The notes: generated by a model from the letters alone, not told the origin. A DNA stretch of 51,037 nt from Alphaproteobacteria bacterium (GCA_002401545.1 NVTJ01000002.1:1-51037); one strand, 5' to 3'; counted from the first letter of the stretch, positions 1 to 11,436 are shown. A program made the numbers and translations.

Positions 1-1296
1 CTTGAAGCCTGAGGTTTTAATCATCTCATCCCGGCGACCGACAAAATACAGATAGCCATCCTTATCCCGTTTGACGTTATCTCCCGACCATACGGCAATT
101 TCCGGGTTGGGCAGCCCGGCCAGCTGTCCCGGCGCCGGCCGATATCTCTCCCTTGTTCGCTCCTGGTCATTCCAATAGCCCATACCAACAAGAGCGCCCC
201 GGTGAACAAGCTCCCCCGCCTCGCCCACATCACAAAGTGTGCCATCCGGGCGCACCACCATAATTTCCACATTGGGAATGGCCTTGCCCATGGAGTCAGG
301 GATTCTGTCCACTTGCGCCGGTGGCAGGTAAGTTGACCTGAAAGCCTCGGTCAGGCCATACATAAGGAATATATCACTGTTCGGTAAAATTTTCTGAAAT
401 TTACGGGTCACGGGAACCGGCATCCGCCCGCCCGTAGTTGCAATATAGCGGATGGAATTTACCGCCTCATCCGGCCAGTCCAGATCCACCAGTTGAATCC
501 ACAGCGGCGGGACACAGGTAATGCCGGTAACCTTATGTTTCACAATTTGGCGGATAACATCGCGCGGCAACAGGAAATTCATCAGAATAATAGTTGCCCC
601 GACAGAAAAAGCCGTTGTCAACTGGCTGAGGCCCGCATCGAAGCTCAGGGGTAAAGCACTCAGAATCCTGTCTGAAGGCCTGTTCTCAAGATAACCTGCC
701 ACACTCTGCGCCCCGGCAATCATATTGCGGTGGGACAGGACCACACCCTTGGGGCTGCCGGTACTGCCGGAGGTATAGAGAATAGCCGCCATATCCGCAT
801 CAATGACGTTATGAACAGCTTTGACGCAACCCCGTCCCTGTGCCAGAAAGTCATCATAGCTAATAATTTTCTTGCCAATATCCAGCAGCTTGTCAGATAT
901 TTTTCCTGTGAGAATAATCAGTTCCAGGTCAGCGCAACCCGACAACTCATCTTTCAAAGCCACCAGCCGGTCAGCGCTGGTTACCAGAAACCTGACAGCG
1001 CAGTCTTTCAGAATATAGGCCACCTGACGGTGCTTAAGCCCCGGATTTACCGGCACAAACACACCCCCGGCATGGGCCGGACCAAAAATTGAAACAACAG
1101 TCTCAAATTGTTTGGGCAGATAACTCGCCACCCGGTCATTTTTATCAAGACCAAAGGCCATCAATCCTTTGGCGAACGCCATCACTTCATCACAAAGCAC
1201 AGCGTAAGTCATTTCCTGTTTTTTGAAAATAACGGCAACCTGCTCCGGCGAACGCTTCGCTGAAACTGAAATAAAGTCCGATAAATTATTTATCAT
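1..1296 (-). CDS. Acyl-CoA ligase (AMP-forming), exosortase A system-associated; 3' end outside window
   Basis: Manual translation from ATG 1296 (MINNLSDFISVSAKRSPEQVAV); AMP-binding motif ILYTSGSTGSPKGVVLSH near 725-785; neighbours ACP and hydrolase. Confidence 0.85.
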   Translation of the reverse strand, partial: MINNLSDFISVSAKRSPEQVAVIFKKQEMTYAVLCDEVMAFAKGLMAFGLDKNDRVASYLPKQFETVVSIFGPAHAGGVFVPVNPGLKHRQVAYILKDCAVRFLVTSADRLVALKDELSGCADLELIILTGKISDKLLDIGKKIISYDDFLAQGRGCVKAVHNVIDADMAAILYTSGSTGSPKGVVLSHRNMIAGAQSVAGYLENRPSDRILSALPLSFDAGLSQLTTAFSVGATIILMNFLLPRDVIRQIVKHKVTGITCVPPLWIQLVDLDWPDEAVNSIRYIATTGGRMPVPVTRKFQKILPNSDIFLMYGLTEAFRSTYLPPAQVDRIPDSMGKAIPNVEIMVVRPDGTLCDVGEAGELVHRGALVGMGYWNDQERTRERYRPAPGQLAGLPNPEIAVWSGDNVKRDKDGYLYFVGRRDEMIKTSGFK

Positions 1297-1380
1297 GAAT
1301 ATTTGTTCTGTTTTTTTTAATATATTGCCAGTAAACATATTGGGCAATAGTTATAATAATATGAATACAAATATTTAAAT

Positions 1381-2679
1381 ATGAAAATTCTAGAAAAATA
1401 TATAGCACAATATGCCGCTTCACGCCGTGGCAGCTTTGTTTCCCAGACCACCACCGGTGAAGTGAACGGCAAAACAGTATATATACATATCCCCGAAGCT
1501 GTAATTCCTGTATTTCCGGTTTTATCCTTTGCCTCTCTATTTTCATTTTTTGATACCAAACCGGAAAATGTACTGGATCACAATTATGCCAGAATTCCAG
1601 TCTTTGCCGCCAGATATGCCATTGCCCATGCTTTAAAACAAATGAATATCTCGCCCGGCGACGAGATATTATTACCTGCCTATCATTGCACCGTCATGGT
1701 GGCGCCAATCCTTAAAATGGCCGGAAAGGCGGTTTTTTATAAAATTGCCCCGAATCTGGATGCCGACCTCCTTGACATACGTGAAAAGATCACGCCCAAT
1801 ACCAAAGCCATAATCGCCGTGAATTATTGTGGTTTCATACAAAATATGGCTGAGGTTCATGCCCTGTGCAAAGAAAAGAATATCAAGCTGATTGAAGATT
1901 GCGCCCATAGTTTTTTTGGTCAGAAAAATGGCGTCACTGTGGGCGGGTTTGGCGATTATATTCTGGTCAGCTCCCGAAAATTCTTTCCCGTTGAGGAAGG
2001 CGGTTATCTCCTTGCGCCGCACTTTGGGCAGACCCTTCCTGAGCAAAAGAGCCAGACATTACTTAAATCCACAAAATCCTTTCTCGCCCTCATCGAAAGG
2101 TCGCTCAAATTTGGCAAATTATGGCTGCTGGCCCCGCTGATTGAGCTTCTCAATATATTAATTAAATTTGCCAAAAGACTCAGAAAAAAAAATACGGCGG
2201 CACAAAACCACGCTGATTCTTTTTCCTCCGGGCAGGATATTTGCCAGGAAGGAGAGAATTATTATGATCACAGCCTGATGGATAAAAAACCGGTTTTTGT
2301 GGACAGCCTGCTGCCAACCCTGCTCAATTCCACAAAAATCACTAAATCCCGCCGCAAAAATTATTTATGGCTCAGCGAACAATTCAGAGGGATTAAACAC
2401 TGCAGATTAATAATCGAGGACTTGCCAGAGGGAATCGTACCTTTCATGCTGCCAGTTTATATTGAGAATTTGAAAGAATATTTCCCGGCTTTTGAGACTG
2501 CGGCCATCCCCATGCAACGCTTCGCCCAGTTTTTATGGCCGGATATGAAGGCAGACATCTGTCCTGTGACGGCAGATTATTCAAAAAATGTCATTCTTTT
2601 TCCCTGCCATCAGGAATTGAGCCAACAAGATATGCTGTGGCTGGCATCCACCGTCCGCAATATACTAGAACAGGCCTGA
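1381..2679 (+). CDS. DegT/DnrJ/EryC1/StrS-family PLP-dependent aminotransferase
   Basis: PGDEILLPAY, LIEDCAHSF, SSRKFFP motifs; start uncertain. Confidence 0.85.
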   Translation: MKILEKYIAQYAASRRGSFVSQTTTGEVNGKTVYIHIPEAVIPVFPVLSFASLFSFFDTKPENVLDHNYARIPVFAARYAIAHALKQMNISPGDEILLPAYHCTVMVAPILKMAGKAVFYKIAPNLDADLLDIREKITPNTKAIIAVNYCGFIQNMAEVHALCKEKNIKLIEDCAHSFFGQKNGVTVGGFGDYILVSSRKFFPVEEGGYLLAPHFGQTLPEQKSQTLLKSTKSFLALIERSLKFGKLWLLAPLIELLNILIKFAKRLRKKNTAAQNHADSFSSGQDICQEGENYYDHSLMDKKPVFVDSLLPTLLNSTKITKSRRKNYLWLSEQFRGIKHCRLIIEDLPEGIVPFMLPVYIENLKEYFPAFETAAIPMQRFAQFLWPDMKADICPVTADYSKNVILFPCHQELSQQDMLWLASTVRNILEQA

Positions 2680-2684
2680 ATAAA

Positions 2685-3698
2685 ATGATGTGGAAATTAT
2701 ACCCGGCAAGTGAGTTCCCGAATTTTCAGGATCAATGGCAGAGCCTGAATAAGGACAGAGGAAACAGCCCCCTCCTTGATGTGAAATTTATCCTTCCCCT
2801 GATGGATAAATTTTCCAGTGGCTCCGAAAAAATTGTCCTGCTTGGTGACCCCGAAAAACCGGAAATTATGGCTGTTATCGCCCCCACGGCCAAGGGAGTC
2901 TGGGCCAGTTTTCAACCCTCGAATGCCCCTTTGGGTCTTTGGTTGTCAAGAAAAAAAGCCCTTGATATTCCTGCTGTCAAATCCCTCATCAAACAATTGC
3001 CCGGCATGGCAATTGCTCTGGGAATAACTCAACAGGACCCTCTTTTCATGACCCGGCCTGATACGGAAAAATCTGTGGCCAGTCTGGATTATATCACAAC
3101 GGCCCATATTGATTTTCCAGAAAAATTTGATGATTACTGGGCTTTGCGCAGTAAGAACCTGCGTCATAACATGAAGCGCCAACGAAATTTTCTGACCAAA
3201 AATCATATTGAAACACGGCTTGAGATATATTCCCGTGGTGAACAGATGAAACAGGCGATGATGGACTATGGCAAAATTGAATCCTCGGGCTGGAAGGGAC
3301 AGATTGAAAGTGCCGTCACTCAGGGAGACCGCCAATCCCAATTTTATGAACAAATGCTGAGTGCCTTCAGTAATAGCGGGGAAAGCCTTGTTCTACGTTA
3401 TTATTATAATGAAAATCTTGTGGCAACCGACCTTTGTCTTCTCCGGGACAAGATACTATATATTCTGAAAACAACATATGACGAAACGATCAAGGGAACC
3501 TCCCCCGCACATATCATGCGGTTTGAATATTACCAGACGGCTTTGGCGTCGAAGCTGCTGAAACGGGTGGAATTCTATGGTCCTCTCAAGGATTGGCATA
3601 AAAAATGGACCAATGAGGCAAGAGTAATTTTTCATAGCAACATCTACCGGAACAATTTTATTGCCCTGGCCCATAAAATCACCAAACTAATCGGCTAA
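2685..3698 (+). CDS. GNAT-family (CelD/BcsL-like) acetyltransferase
   Basis: SKNLRHNMKR, IESSGWKG, TTYDE..SPA motifs; start taken at MMWKL just after upstream stop. Confidence 0.75.
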   Translation: MMWKLYPASEFPNFQDQWQSLNKDRGNSPLLDVKFILPLMDKFSSGSEKIVLLGDPEKPEIMAVIAPTAKGVWASFQPSNAPLGLWLSRKKALDIPAVKSLIKQLPGMAIALGITQQDPLFMTRPDTEKSVASLDYITTAHIDFPEKFDDYWALRSKNLRHNMKRQRNFLTKNHIETRLEIYSRGEQMKQAMMDYGKIESSGWKGQIESAVTQGDRQSQFYEQMLSAFSNSGESLVLRYYYNENLVATDLCLLRDKILYILKTTYDETIKGTSPAHIMRFEYYQTALASKLLKRVEFYGPLKDWHKKWTNEARVIFHSNIYRNNFIALAHKITKLIG

Positions 3699-3781
3699 TT
3701 TCCAGCTTTTCTTCGTAAAACTCTTATAGTATAAGCTTGTCTATATATGAATATCCATTGATTTAAACAGGTAAGGCTGCA

Positions 3782-4036
3782 TTGATGACTGTAATTGAAG
3801 ATGTCCGTGAAATATTAAAAACAACCTTACAAATTGGTGAGCGGGCCGATGATATCGAAGCCGATACCCCGCTTTTGGGCAATATTCCCGAACTGGATTC
3901 CATGGCCGTTGCCATGCTCATTACCGCCATTGAAGAACATTTCGATATTTTTGTCGATGATGATGACATCAGCGCTGAAACATTCGAAACTTTCGGCAGC
4001 CTGTGTGAATTCGTCGAAGAAAAACTGGCAGAATAG
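3782..4036 (+). CDS. Acyl carrier protein
   Basis: Small acidic protein with ELDSMAV phosphopantetheine serine motif. Confidence 0.9.
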   Translation: MMTVIEDVREILKTTLQIGERADDIEADTPLLGNIPELDSMAVAMLITAIEEHFDIFVDDDDISAETFETFGSLCEFVEEKLAE

Positions 4037-4045
4037 GGTAAAAGC

Positions 4046-4861
4046 TTGAAACCTTTTTTTATCAAAAGCGTATCCGGCAATATTTTTGCTCTTTATCATT
4101 CGCCGCCAAACCATATACCCCTAAAAAGAAATATCCTTTTTATTCCCCCCTTCGCCGAAGAATTAAACAGATCCCGCCATATGATAAACCGGCAGGCGCG
4201 GGCTTTTGCCAAAGCCGGATACGGCGTGCTTGTCCTTGATCTTTATGGCACCGGGGACAGCGAAGGAAGTTTTGGCGATGCCACCATCAAGATTTGGCAG
4301 AAGGATATTCTTGCCGCCGTTTCCTGGTTAAAGGACACCTGTGGCACTCCCCCCATATTCTGGGCCATGCGCAGCGGCGCACTGGTCGCTGCAGACCTCA
4401 TTAAGCAGTTCCCCGCACTCACCGATCAGATGATTTTATGGTCCCCGGTCAGCAATGGCAAAAAATTCATCACGCAGTATCTGCGTATAAAACTGGCGGC
4501 GGAAGTCACCGGGAAAACCGGCGATTCCAAAACCACTATCAAAGACTTATGGACCCGGCTGGAATCAGGTCACAGCCTTGAGATAGCAGGCTATAGCCTG
4601 TCGCCGGAGCTGGCAAAGGGGTTCGCGGCATTGACGTTAACGGACATCAGCCTGCCACCGGGATTCTCGGTAAAATGGATCGAAACATCCCTCGGCAGCC
4701 CGGCCAAACTGTCTGCCGCTGCCCTCAAAGTTATCGATATATGGCGAAAGAATGATATTGATGTGTCTGCCGTAGCGGTGGATGATATCGCATTCTGGAC
4801 TTTACAGGAACCTGAATGGGCAAACAGATACTGTGATCAGACTCTGGCCCTGATGGCATAA
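4046..4861 (+). CDS. Alpha/beta hydrolase (hydrolase 2, exosortase A system-associated type)
   Basis: PPFAEELNRSR, DLYGTGDSEG, LEIAGY, FW..QE motifs; follows ACP. Confidence 0.8.
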   Translation: MKPFFIKSVSGNIFALYHSPPNHIPLKRNILFIPPFAEELNRSRHMINRQARAFAKAGYGVLVLDLYGTGDSEGSFGDATIKIWQKDILAAVSWLKDTCGTPPIFWAMRSGALVAADLIKQFPALTDQMILWSPVSNGKKFITQYLRIKLAAEVTGKTGDSKTTIKDLWTRLESGHSLEIAGYSLSPELAKGFAALTLTDISLPPGFSVKWIETSLGSPAKLSAAALKVIDIWRKNDIDVSAVAVDDIAFWTLQEPEWANRYCDQTLALMA

Positions 4862-4884
4862 CCTGTAATCGTTCATCATGTTCC

Positions 4885-5811
4885 CTAACCCTTATCTTTC
4901 TTGACAAGATGGCCGCCAAATTGATTGCGGAGTGCGGAAACAACCTGCCCCGTATAACTTGGATTTCCGGTTGAATCTATACGAAACTTCAGGGATGCCT
5001 CAATAACCGGAACCGGAATTTTAATGCTTGTCGTTGCGTTCACACGGCAATCATTTGCCTCTTCAACTGTCCACTGCCCCTCGCCACTATGGGATACTTC
5101 CCCGGAAATGGCCTCTAAATCCACACCTTCTTCCCTGTAAGCCTTCTGAAGCCAGCCTATCAGACGGGATTCAATCACACTGCCATTGTTGTATATTCTC
5201 GTGACTTCCTTAAGGTCCAGGTTAAAGGCGCTTTCTTTCAGGATTTCAAAGCCCTCCCCGATGGCCTGCATCATGCCGTATTCAATGCCGTTATGGATCA
5301 TTTTTACAAAATGCCCCGCACCTGTTTCCCCCATATAGGCATAGCCGCCTTTCACGCTCAGGTCTTTAAACAATTGCTCATATTTATCAAATTTATCCCG
5401 GGTGCCACCGATCATCATACAGGCCCCGTTGCGAGCACCGCCAGGTCCACCGCTGACCCCCACATCCATAAAAACAAGGCCTTTGGCTTTAAGTTCGGCC
5501 CCTCTGCGCATGGTTTCCTTATAATTTGAGTTCCCCCCGTCCATGATAACATCGCCCCGGTTCAGAATAGACCCGAGGTCGGCAAGAACCGTATCAACTA
5601 TCTCATGAGGTACCATAATCCAGATAAATTTTTCGCCGGGAAGTTTGTCTTTAAATCCGTCAAGATTCGCGACCACCTCCGCGCCCGCCGCTGCGGCTTC
5701 TTTTCGCGCGGCTTCATCTGGATCTGTCGCAACAACTTCATGGCCTTTTTCAAGCAGAAGCTTTACCATGCCCATGCCCATTTTCCCCAAACCTATATAA
5801 CCGATTTTCAT
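4885..5811 (-). CDS. gnd: Decarboxylating 6-phosphogluconate dehydrogenase (short type)
   Basis: IGLGKMG, DGGNS, GVSGG, GAGHFVKMIHNGIEYGMMQ, ALRNQFGGH. Confidence 0.93.
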   Translation of the reverse strand: MKIGYIGLGKMGMGMVKLLLEKGHEVVATDPDEAARKEAAAAGAEVVANLDGFKDKLPGEKFIWIMVPHEIVDTVLADLGSILNRGDVIMDGGNSNYKETMRRGAELKAKGLVFMDVGVSGGPGGARNGACMMIGGTRDKFDKYEQLFKDLSVKGGYAYMGETGAGHFVKMIHNGIEYGMMQAIGEGFEILKESAFNLDLKEVTRIYNNGSVIESRLIGWLQKAYREEGVDLEAISGEVSHSGEGQWTVEEANDCRVNATTSIKIPVPVIEASLKFRIDSTGNPSYTGQVVSALRNQFGGHLVKKDKG

Positions 5812-6019
5812 AATTTTATTTGTTTCCTGATCATTACCGTTTCCCTGTTGCCTAATAATAGATTTTCAGGAACTATTCTGAAACAAGATCAATTTTGAGT
5901 CAAACTGAATGTCCCCGTAAACTCAAAGACTGTAAAATATTATCCACCCGCCTTGATGCTGACATGTGATTTTGCTAGTGTGATGACCATAGTGTTTAAT
6001 GATTTTCTGAGGTTTTGAA

Positions 6020-6538
6020 TTGAAAAGTATTTTTTGTGCATTTGCCGGTTGTTTTCTCGGGATTATCTTGATGGCTGACCTTGCCCTGGCGGACAATCGC
6101 CAATTGCTCGGCACCTACCGGGACTGGGATGCTTTCATGCTGAAAAAAAGCAACGGCGAAAAAGTCTGCTACATGATTTCCATTCCAAAATCATCAAAGC
6201 CATCCACTTTGCGTCACGGAAATCCGTTTTTGACGGTTTCCCACAAACCTGCCCGGAAAATAAAGAATGAAGTTAATTTCGTGGTCGGCTATAATTTCAA
6301 GAAGAATTCCCGTGTCACCATGAGAATAGACAAAAAAAGCACGTTTCGCCTGTTTACCGAGGGCGACGGCGCGTGGGGTGATGATATGAAAGCCGATAAT
6401 GCCATGACACAGGCCATGAAGCGGGGCAGCGCCCTCATCATGAGCGGCCAGAGTGGGCGCGGCAACAATACCAGCTACCGTTTTTCACTTTCAGGCTTTA
6501 CGGCGGCCCATAACGCCATTACAAAGGCCTGTCGTTAG
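6020..6538 (+). CDS. Invasion-associated locus B (IalB)-like exported protein
   Basis: Signal peptide, YRDW..CY, AMKRG..FSLSGFTAA..C; usual neighbour of rlmN in alphaproteobacteria. Confidence 0.75.
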   Translation: MKSIFCAFAGCFLGIILMADLALADNRQLLGTYRDWDAFMLKKSNGEKVCYMISIPKSSKPSTLRHGNPFLTVSHKPARKIKNEVNFVVGYNFKKNSRVTMRIDKKSTFRLFTEGDGAWGDDMKADNAMTQAMKRGSALIMSGQSGRGNNTSYRFSLSGFTAAHNAITKACR

Positions 6539-6565
6539 TCTCCTAGAACTGAAATAGGCTAAAAA

Positions 6566-7747
6566 ATGCGAACCTTACCACTTGGAACAGAACCGGTTGT
6601 GACAAACCGTCCCACACTTGATGTGGACAGAAGCATGGTTGGCCTCGACCGCGCGGAAATCGGGATACGCCTTCGGGACATTGGCGTTCCGGAAAAACAG
6701 ATCCGGATGCGAACCACTCAGGTCTGGCACTGGCTGTATTACCGGGGCGTGAAAAGCTTTGATGAGATGGTCAATGTGTCAAAAGACATGCGGGAAAATC
6801 TGGCGAAACATTTTACCATTGGCCGCCCGGAAATCATCGAGGCATTGCTGTCCAGAGACGGTACCCGCAAGTGGCTGATGAAATTTTCCGATGGCAATAT
6901 TGTTGAAACGGTCTTTATCCCCGATGAGGAAAAGGGTCGCGGAACCCTGTGTATCTCGTCCCAGGTGGGCTGCACCCTGACCTGTAAATTCTGCCATACG
7001 GGAACCCAGCGGCTGGTGCGGAACCTGACCCCGGCGGAAATCGTCATGCAATTTCTGGTGGCGCGGGATCACCTGAATGAATGGCCGACACCAACAGAGG
7101 GCCGCATATTATCCAGCGTCGTCATGATGGGCATGGGTGAGCCGCTGTATAATTTTGACAATGTGAAAAAAGCCCTGAAAATTATTATGGATGATCAGGG
7201 AATCGCCCTGTCCCGGCGGCGGATTACCCTGTCCACATCTGGCGTGGTGCCGGAAATGAAACGGTGCGGTGAGGAAATTAATGTTAATCTCGCCATATCC
7301 CTCCATGCGGTGAATAACACTGTTCGCGATGAAATTATGCCCATCAACAAAAAATATCCGCTGGAAGACCTGCTGGCCGCCTGCCGTGATTATCCCGGTG
7401 CCAAGACGTCGCGGCGAATAACCTTTGAATATATCATGCTCAAAGATATTAATGACAGCGATGAAGATGCCCGCAATCTGGTCCGGTTGCTAAAGAAATA
7501 TGACATCCCCGCCAAGGTTAATCTCATTCCCTTCAATCCCTGGCCGGGGTCCGCCTATCAACGTTCGGAGGATAAACAGATAAAAAGATTTTCCGAATAT
7601 ATTTTCGGGGCGGGCATTTCCGCCCCTATTCGCGCCCCCCGGGGAGAAGATATTCTTGCCGCTTGCGGACAGTTAAAATCTGAATCGGAAAAAATGCGCA
7701 AAAGCGTGCTTTTAAAACGACAAAAAACAGCCGGGGAAGCCTCATGA
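6566..7747 (+). CDS. rlmN: 23S rRNA/tRNA adenine C2-methyltransferase RlmN
   Basis: [18 protein letters not shown] radical SAM motif, MGMGEP, AACGQL. Confidence 0.97.
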   Translation: MRTLPLGTEPVVTNRPTLDVDRSMVGLDRAEIGIRLRDIGVPEKQIRMRTTQVWHWLYYRGVKSFDEMVNVSKDMRENLAKHFTIGRPEIIEALLSRDGTRKWLMKFSDGNIVETVFIPDEEKGRGTLCISSQVGCTLTCKFCHTGTQRLVRNLTPAEIVMQFLVARDHLNEWPTPTEGRILSSVVMMGMGEPLYNFDNVKKALKIIMDDQGIALSRRRITLSTSGVVPEMKRCGEEINVNLAISLHAVNNTVRDEIMPINKKYPLEDLLAACRDYPGAKTSRRITFEYIMLKDINDSDEDARNLVRLLKKYDIPAKVNLIPFNPWPGSAYQRSEDKQIKRFSEYIFGAGISAPIRAPRGEDILAACGQLKSESEKMRKSVLLKRQKTAGEAS

Positions 7748-8190
7748 AACTGACATCCTTTACAGATTATTCACTGCGTCTGTTAATGTATGTTGCCGTT
7801 AACAATGACAGGCTTGTGTCCATCAGGGAGGTTGCTGAAGTCTTCGAGATTTCCCGAAACCATTTGATGAAGATTGTCCATGAACTTGGCAAGGGCGGTT
7901 ACCTGAAAACAGTTCGGGGAAAGAACGGTGGTTTTCGTCTGGGAATGCCGGCGAAAAATATTAATCTTGGCAAGTTGATTCGTTATACCGAAGACGACCT
8001 GAATGTTGTCGAATGCTTTAATGATAAAAATCCCAGTTGCAAAATTATTTCCCAATGCATGTTGGCAAATATTTTGCAAATGGCTCTGAATTCATTTCTT
8101 GACGTGCTGGATGGGCATAATCTGGAAGACCTGATAGAAAATCTGCATTTTCCGGAATTTATACCGGATAAGGCTATTGGCAGAGTTTAA
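7744..8190 (+). CDS. nsrR: Rrf2-family regulator, NsrR-like
   Basis: [29 protein letters not shown] and three C-terminal Cys. Confidence 0.75.
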   Translation: MKLTSFTDYSLRLLMYVAVNNDRLVSIREVAEVFEISRNHLMKIVHELGKGGYLKTVRGKNGGFRLGMPAKNINLGKLIRYTEDDLNVVECFNDKNPSCKIISQCMLANILQMALNSFLDVLDGHNLEDLIENLHFPEFIPDKAIGRV

Positions 8191-9880
8191 AGGTCACGGT
8201 AAATTCCGAACCTTCATTAACAACGCTCTTCACCGTGATATTTCCCCCCATCTGGCGGGCCAGATGTTGAGAAATATGTAAGCCAAGGCCGGTGCCTTCT
8301 TCCTTGCGGGAATAGATATTGTCCGTGGCCTGATGAAATTTCTCAAATACCAGTGTCTGCTGATCTTGTGCAATACCAATGCCGGTATCCCAAATCGTAA
8401 CGGCAACGGTGGTGGCATCTTTGCGAACAACCCTGATTCCAACACTGCCATTTTCCGGGGTAAATTTCACGGCATTACTCAGCAAATTAACAAATATCTG
8501 TACCGCGCGGCGCTCGTCAGCATGGATAAAGAAGTCATCCGTTATTCTGACCTCGCCGATATCGAGATATTTCTGGTTTGCCCTGAGTACAATCAGATTC
8601 AGGGCTTTTTCGACAATTTCCTTCAACGAGACCCTATCCGTATCAAGAATGATTTTGCCACTTTCCAGCACCGCCACGTCAAGCACATCATTGATCAGTT
8701 CCAGAAGATGCTGCCCGGCAGACATAATATCATTGCTATAGGAAACATATTGCGGGTTCAACTCGCCGAACACCTCCAGTTTCATGGCTTCGGCAAAACC
8801 TATGATCGCATTCAGGGGAGTGCGCAATTCGTGGCTCATGGCCGCAAGAAATTCACTTTTAGCGCCAAGGGCGGCTTTGGATTCTGCGGAGGCCATATCC
8901 AGTTGAATATTCTTGTTGGTGAGTTCCTCAAGCGTATGTTCCAGGTTTTTCTGGGCCGACAATGTTTCCAGTCGCGCCCTGTAATTAGGTGTGACATCCA
9001 TTCCGGCACCCCGGTAGCCCATAAAATCACCGGTTAAAGACTCAAAGACCGGCACACCGCTCAAATGAGTATATACCAGTTCCCCTTCAGAATCCGTAAG
9101 CAGAAAAAGCTGGTCGCGGAAAGGTTTCATCTCATCAAGAAAATACGCAGAATTAAGAATTTTACCGTCAACACCGGATTTCAACTCACCAAAACTTTCA
9201 AAACTCTTGCCTTTCATAAATATTCCCGGTTTTCCGGTAATCGCCATCAGGCGGTCCGAAACAAAGGTAATATTATAATCCCGGTCAATTTCCCAATACC
9301 AGTCAGACGTTGCCCGGGCAAAATCCCGGAACCGCTGCTGCATCAGGCTTTCATGGTCAAGTATTTGGACCTTGTCCGTACAGTCCACATAGGTCCCGCC
9401 AACGGCAATCACGCTGCCATTATCATCACACACCGGAAAATGACGGGAACGATATTGCCGCGTGGTCCCCTTCACAATAATAGTTTCTTCAATGGAAACA
9501 TTCCGCCGGGTCAGTTGAACCTCATTCAATATTGCCATAAGACTCGCTGGCAGACGACTGTCATTGGCATGGTCAATGTTTTTACCACCGGCATATTCAC
9601 AATTGGAAACAAGATTCTGATAGCCCTCATTGACATAGACAAGTTCGCCGGACGTGGTTGATATATATAAGGGCACTGTTTTATCAAAGCTCATATGGGA
9701 AATGAGTTTATGGATCTTGTCCACAACAGTCGCCGGGTTATTCTTTGGTTTCCTGTTGGCATTTGCCGAAACCCGCTGAACCAGCTCCAGCGAGATAATT
9801 GTCTGGTGTTTCAATTTTGGCACCAGCCTTTTTCCTGCGCCTTTCACACCAGCCATATATTGATCAGAGCCGCCAAACAT
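8174..9880 (-). CDS. PAS-domain sensor histidine kinase (PleC/DivJ-like)
   Basis: MSHELRTPLNAIIGF H-box, NLLSNAVKFT, DTGIGI, GTGLGL; PAS segments. Confidence 0.9.
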   Translation of the reverse strand: MFGGSDQYMAGVKGAGKRLVPKLKHQTIISLELVQRVSANANRKPKNNPATVVDKIHKLISHMSFDKTVPLYISTTSGELVYVNEGYQNLVSNCEYAGGKNIDHANDSRLPASLMAILNEVQLTRRNVSIEETIIVKGTTRQYRSRHFPVCDDNGSVIAVGGTYVDCTDKVQILDHESLMQQRFRDFARATSDWYWEIDRDYNITFVSDRLMAITGKPGIFMKGKSFESFGELKSGVDGKILNSAYFLDEMKPFRDQLFLLTDSEGELVYTHLSGVPVFESLTGDFMGYRGAGMDVTPNYRARLETLSAQKNLEHTLEELTNKNIQLDMASAESKAALGAKSEFLAAMSHELRTPLNAIIGFAEAMKLEVFGELNPQYVSYSNDIMSAGQHLLELINDVLDVAVLESGKIILDTDRVSLKEIVEKALNLIVLRANQKYLDIGEVRITDDFFIHADERRAVQIFVNLLSNAVKFTPENGSVGIRVVRKDATTVAVTIWDTGIGIAQDQQTLVFEKFHQATDNIYSRKEEGTGLGLHISQHLARQMGGNITVKSVVNEGSEFTVTFKLCQ

Positions 9881-9882
9881 AA

Positions 9883-11028
9883 TTACACTGCATCCCTCAT
9901 AGCCGAAATAGCATCCTGATAGCCAAAATCACGTTGCCAGTGTCTTACAGCTACCTTTGCATTTTCTACCTTTATATCATCATACAACGATAAAATGGAA
10001 TTTACCAGTCTGGTCGTTCTTGCCCTGCCGCCGGAACGGGACTGGGCAATCAATAAAAAAAGCGAGGCAAAACGCTCCCGGTCCACATCAAGTGACTTCA
10101 CGATAATAGCCAGACTTTCACCGGTACGTTCCCGTATGCCCCGCCAGATGATCTTCACATCCAGCCCGGTCATTTCGGACAGCCCGGCAACAAACAAATT
10201 AATTTTTTCCTGCCGCAGACAACGCAGCAGGAAATTAATATTCAACTCACCTTTGGTGGCCAATTCACGGGCAAGGGCCAATGCCGTCCTCATGATGCCG
10301 TCAATGGACTCGTTCTTCTGAAGTGCTGTTTTCGTCGCCATTTCAATGGCATCGTCAAGCTGGGTGCTGTCCAGATCAAATTCCAGAATAATCTTTCGCC
10401 GTAACGCCGCAGATACCCACCAATACATACGGTAAGCCAAAGAGGCGGGGAGATCCTGACGGTTTAAAAGCGGTTCCTGAAACCGGTCAATATTCTTTGA
10501 TTCCGCCACAAGATATTTTATGGAAAGATCTGAAATTTTTGCATTCTCATTACGGACCAGGGTTTCAATAACATCCTCGCTGCCATTTTCAATCAATGCA
10601 CTGCTGACCTCTTCACTCACATGGACGCGAATGGCAATGGCCATGCGATGCGCTTCTGTGCGGTTGCGGATGACCTCTATCAACTGCTCATCTTTCAACA
10701 CCCCGCTTTTGACGAGCATGGGTTCGGCAATATCGATGGTTTCATTGGCCAGCCTTGCCGCCAGTTCAGGAGAAACGTCATCTATCGTGGCCAGCCGTTT
10801 GCTTAATTCCTTCCTGACTGATTTTTCCACTGAATTGATAAGTTTCAGCAAAACATCATTCATCAAGGCGCGTTCATGCTCATTCAACCGCCCGTCAGGA
10901 GATAAAAACAAATCAGAAATATTTTCCACCAACTCATTTCTGGCAGAAACTGACTTCCTCTGGGCCAATATTAACAAGTCTTTAGAGGCTATTTTAGAGC
11001 TCGGCAACCCCATATCTGTCCAATCCAC
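9883..11028 (-). CDS. DUF2336-family protein
   Basis: IAEPML..S.VL.DEQLIE, HRMAIAIR, L.RNENAKIS patterns. Confidence 0.75.
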   Translation of the reverse strand: MDWTDMGLPSSKIASKDLLILAQRKSVSARNELVENISDLFLSPDGRLNEHERALMNDVLLKLINSVEKSVRKELSKRLATIDDVSPELAARLANETIDIAEPMLVKSGVLKDEQLIEVIRNRTEAHRMAIAIRVHVSEEVSSALIENGSEDVIETLVRNENAKISDLSIKYLVAESKNIDRFQEPLLNRQDLPASLAYRMYWWVSAALRRKIILEFDLDSTQLDDAIEMATKTALQKNESIDGIMRTALALARELATKGELNINFLLRCLRQEKINLFVAGLSEMTGLDVKIIWRGIRERTGESLAIIVKSLDVDRERFASLFLLIAQSRSGGRARTTRLVNSILSLYDDIKVENAKVAVRHWQRDFGYQDAISAMRDAV

Positions 11029-11436
11029 CTTTGGTTTTTTTTATTTATTCATTCACCATATGCAAACATATGCTTGTATTTTGCGTTCTCTTATAAACTG
11101 AGTTGGTTAACAAAGGTTAAAAAAATGCCTTAAATTATTGCTCTAAGCCTTGTATATACTGCAACATGACCGATTGTTGCCATACCTCTGAACAGAGGAA
11201 AAACGGATAAAGGGACGTGTCACAGAAATCTGTTGGGGGTCAGATTAAGTGAAACGTCCCTTAAGTTGTTCGAGCAAGCCCGAACAACTAATTATATAAA
11301 GCTTTTTTTAAAATAATCAACCTTTCCTGCAGCAAAAAACAGGAAAATAATCATTTTACGCCCATAAATTGATTAAGCTCAGGCAATAGATCGTAAACGC
11401 ACAGATAAGCCGTAAAAAAAATCTGCAAAAGCAGAG

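Noticed and set aside
8333-11101. Long plus-strand ORFs opposite the kinase and DUF2336 genes (and similar ones opposite TMP)
   Set aside because: Antisense shadows of well-supported genes with no recognisable motifs
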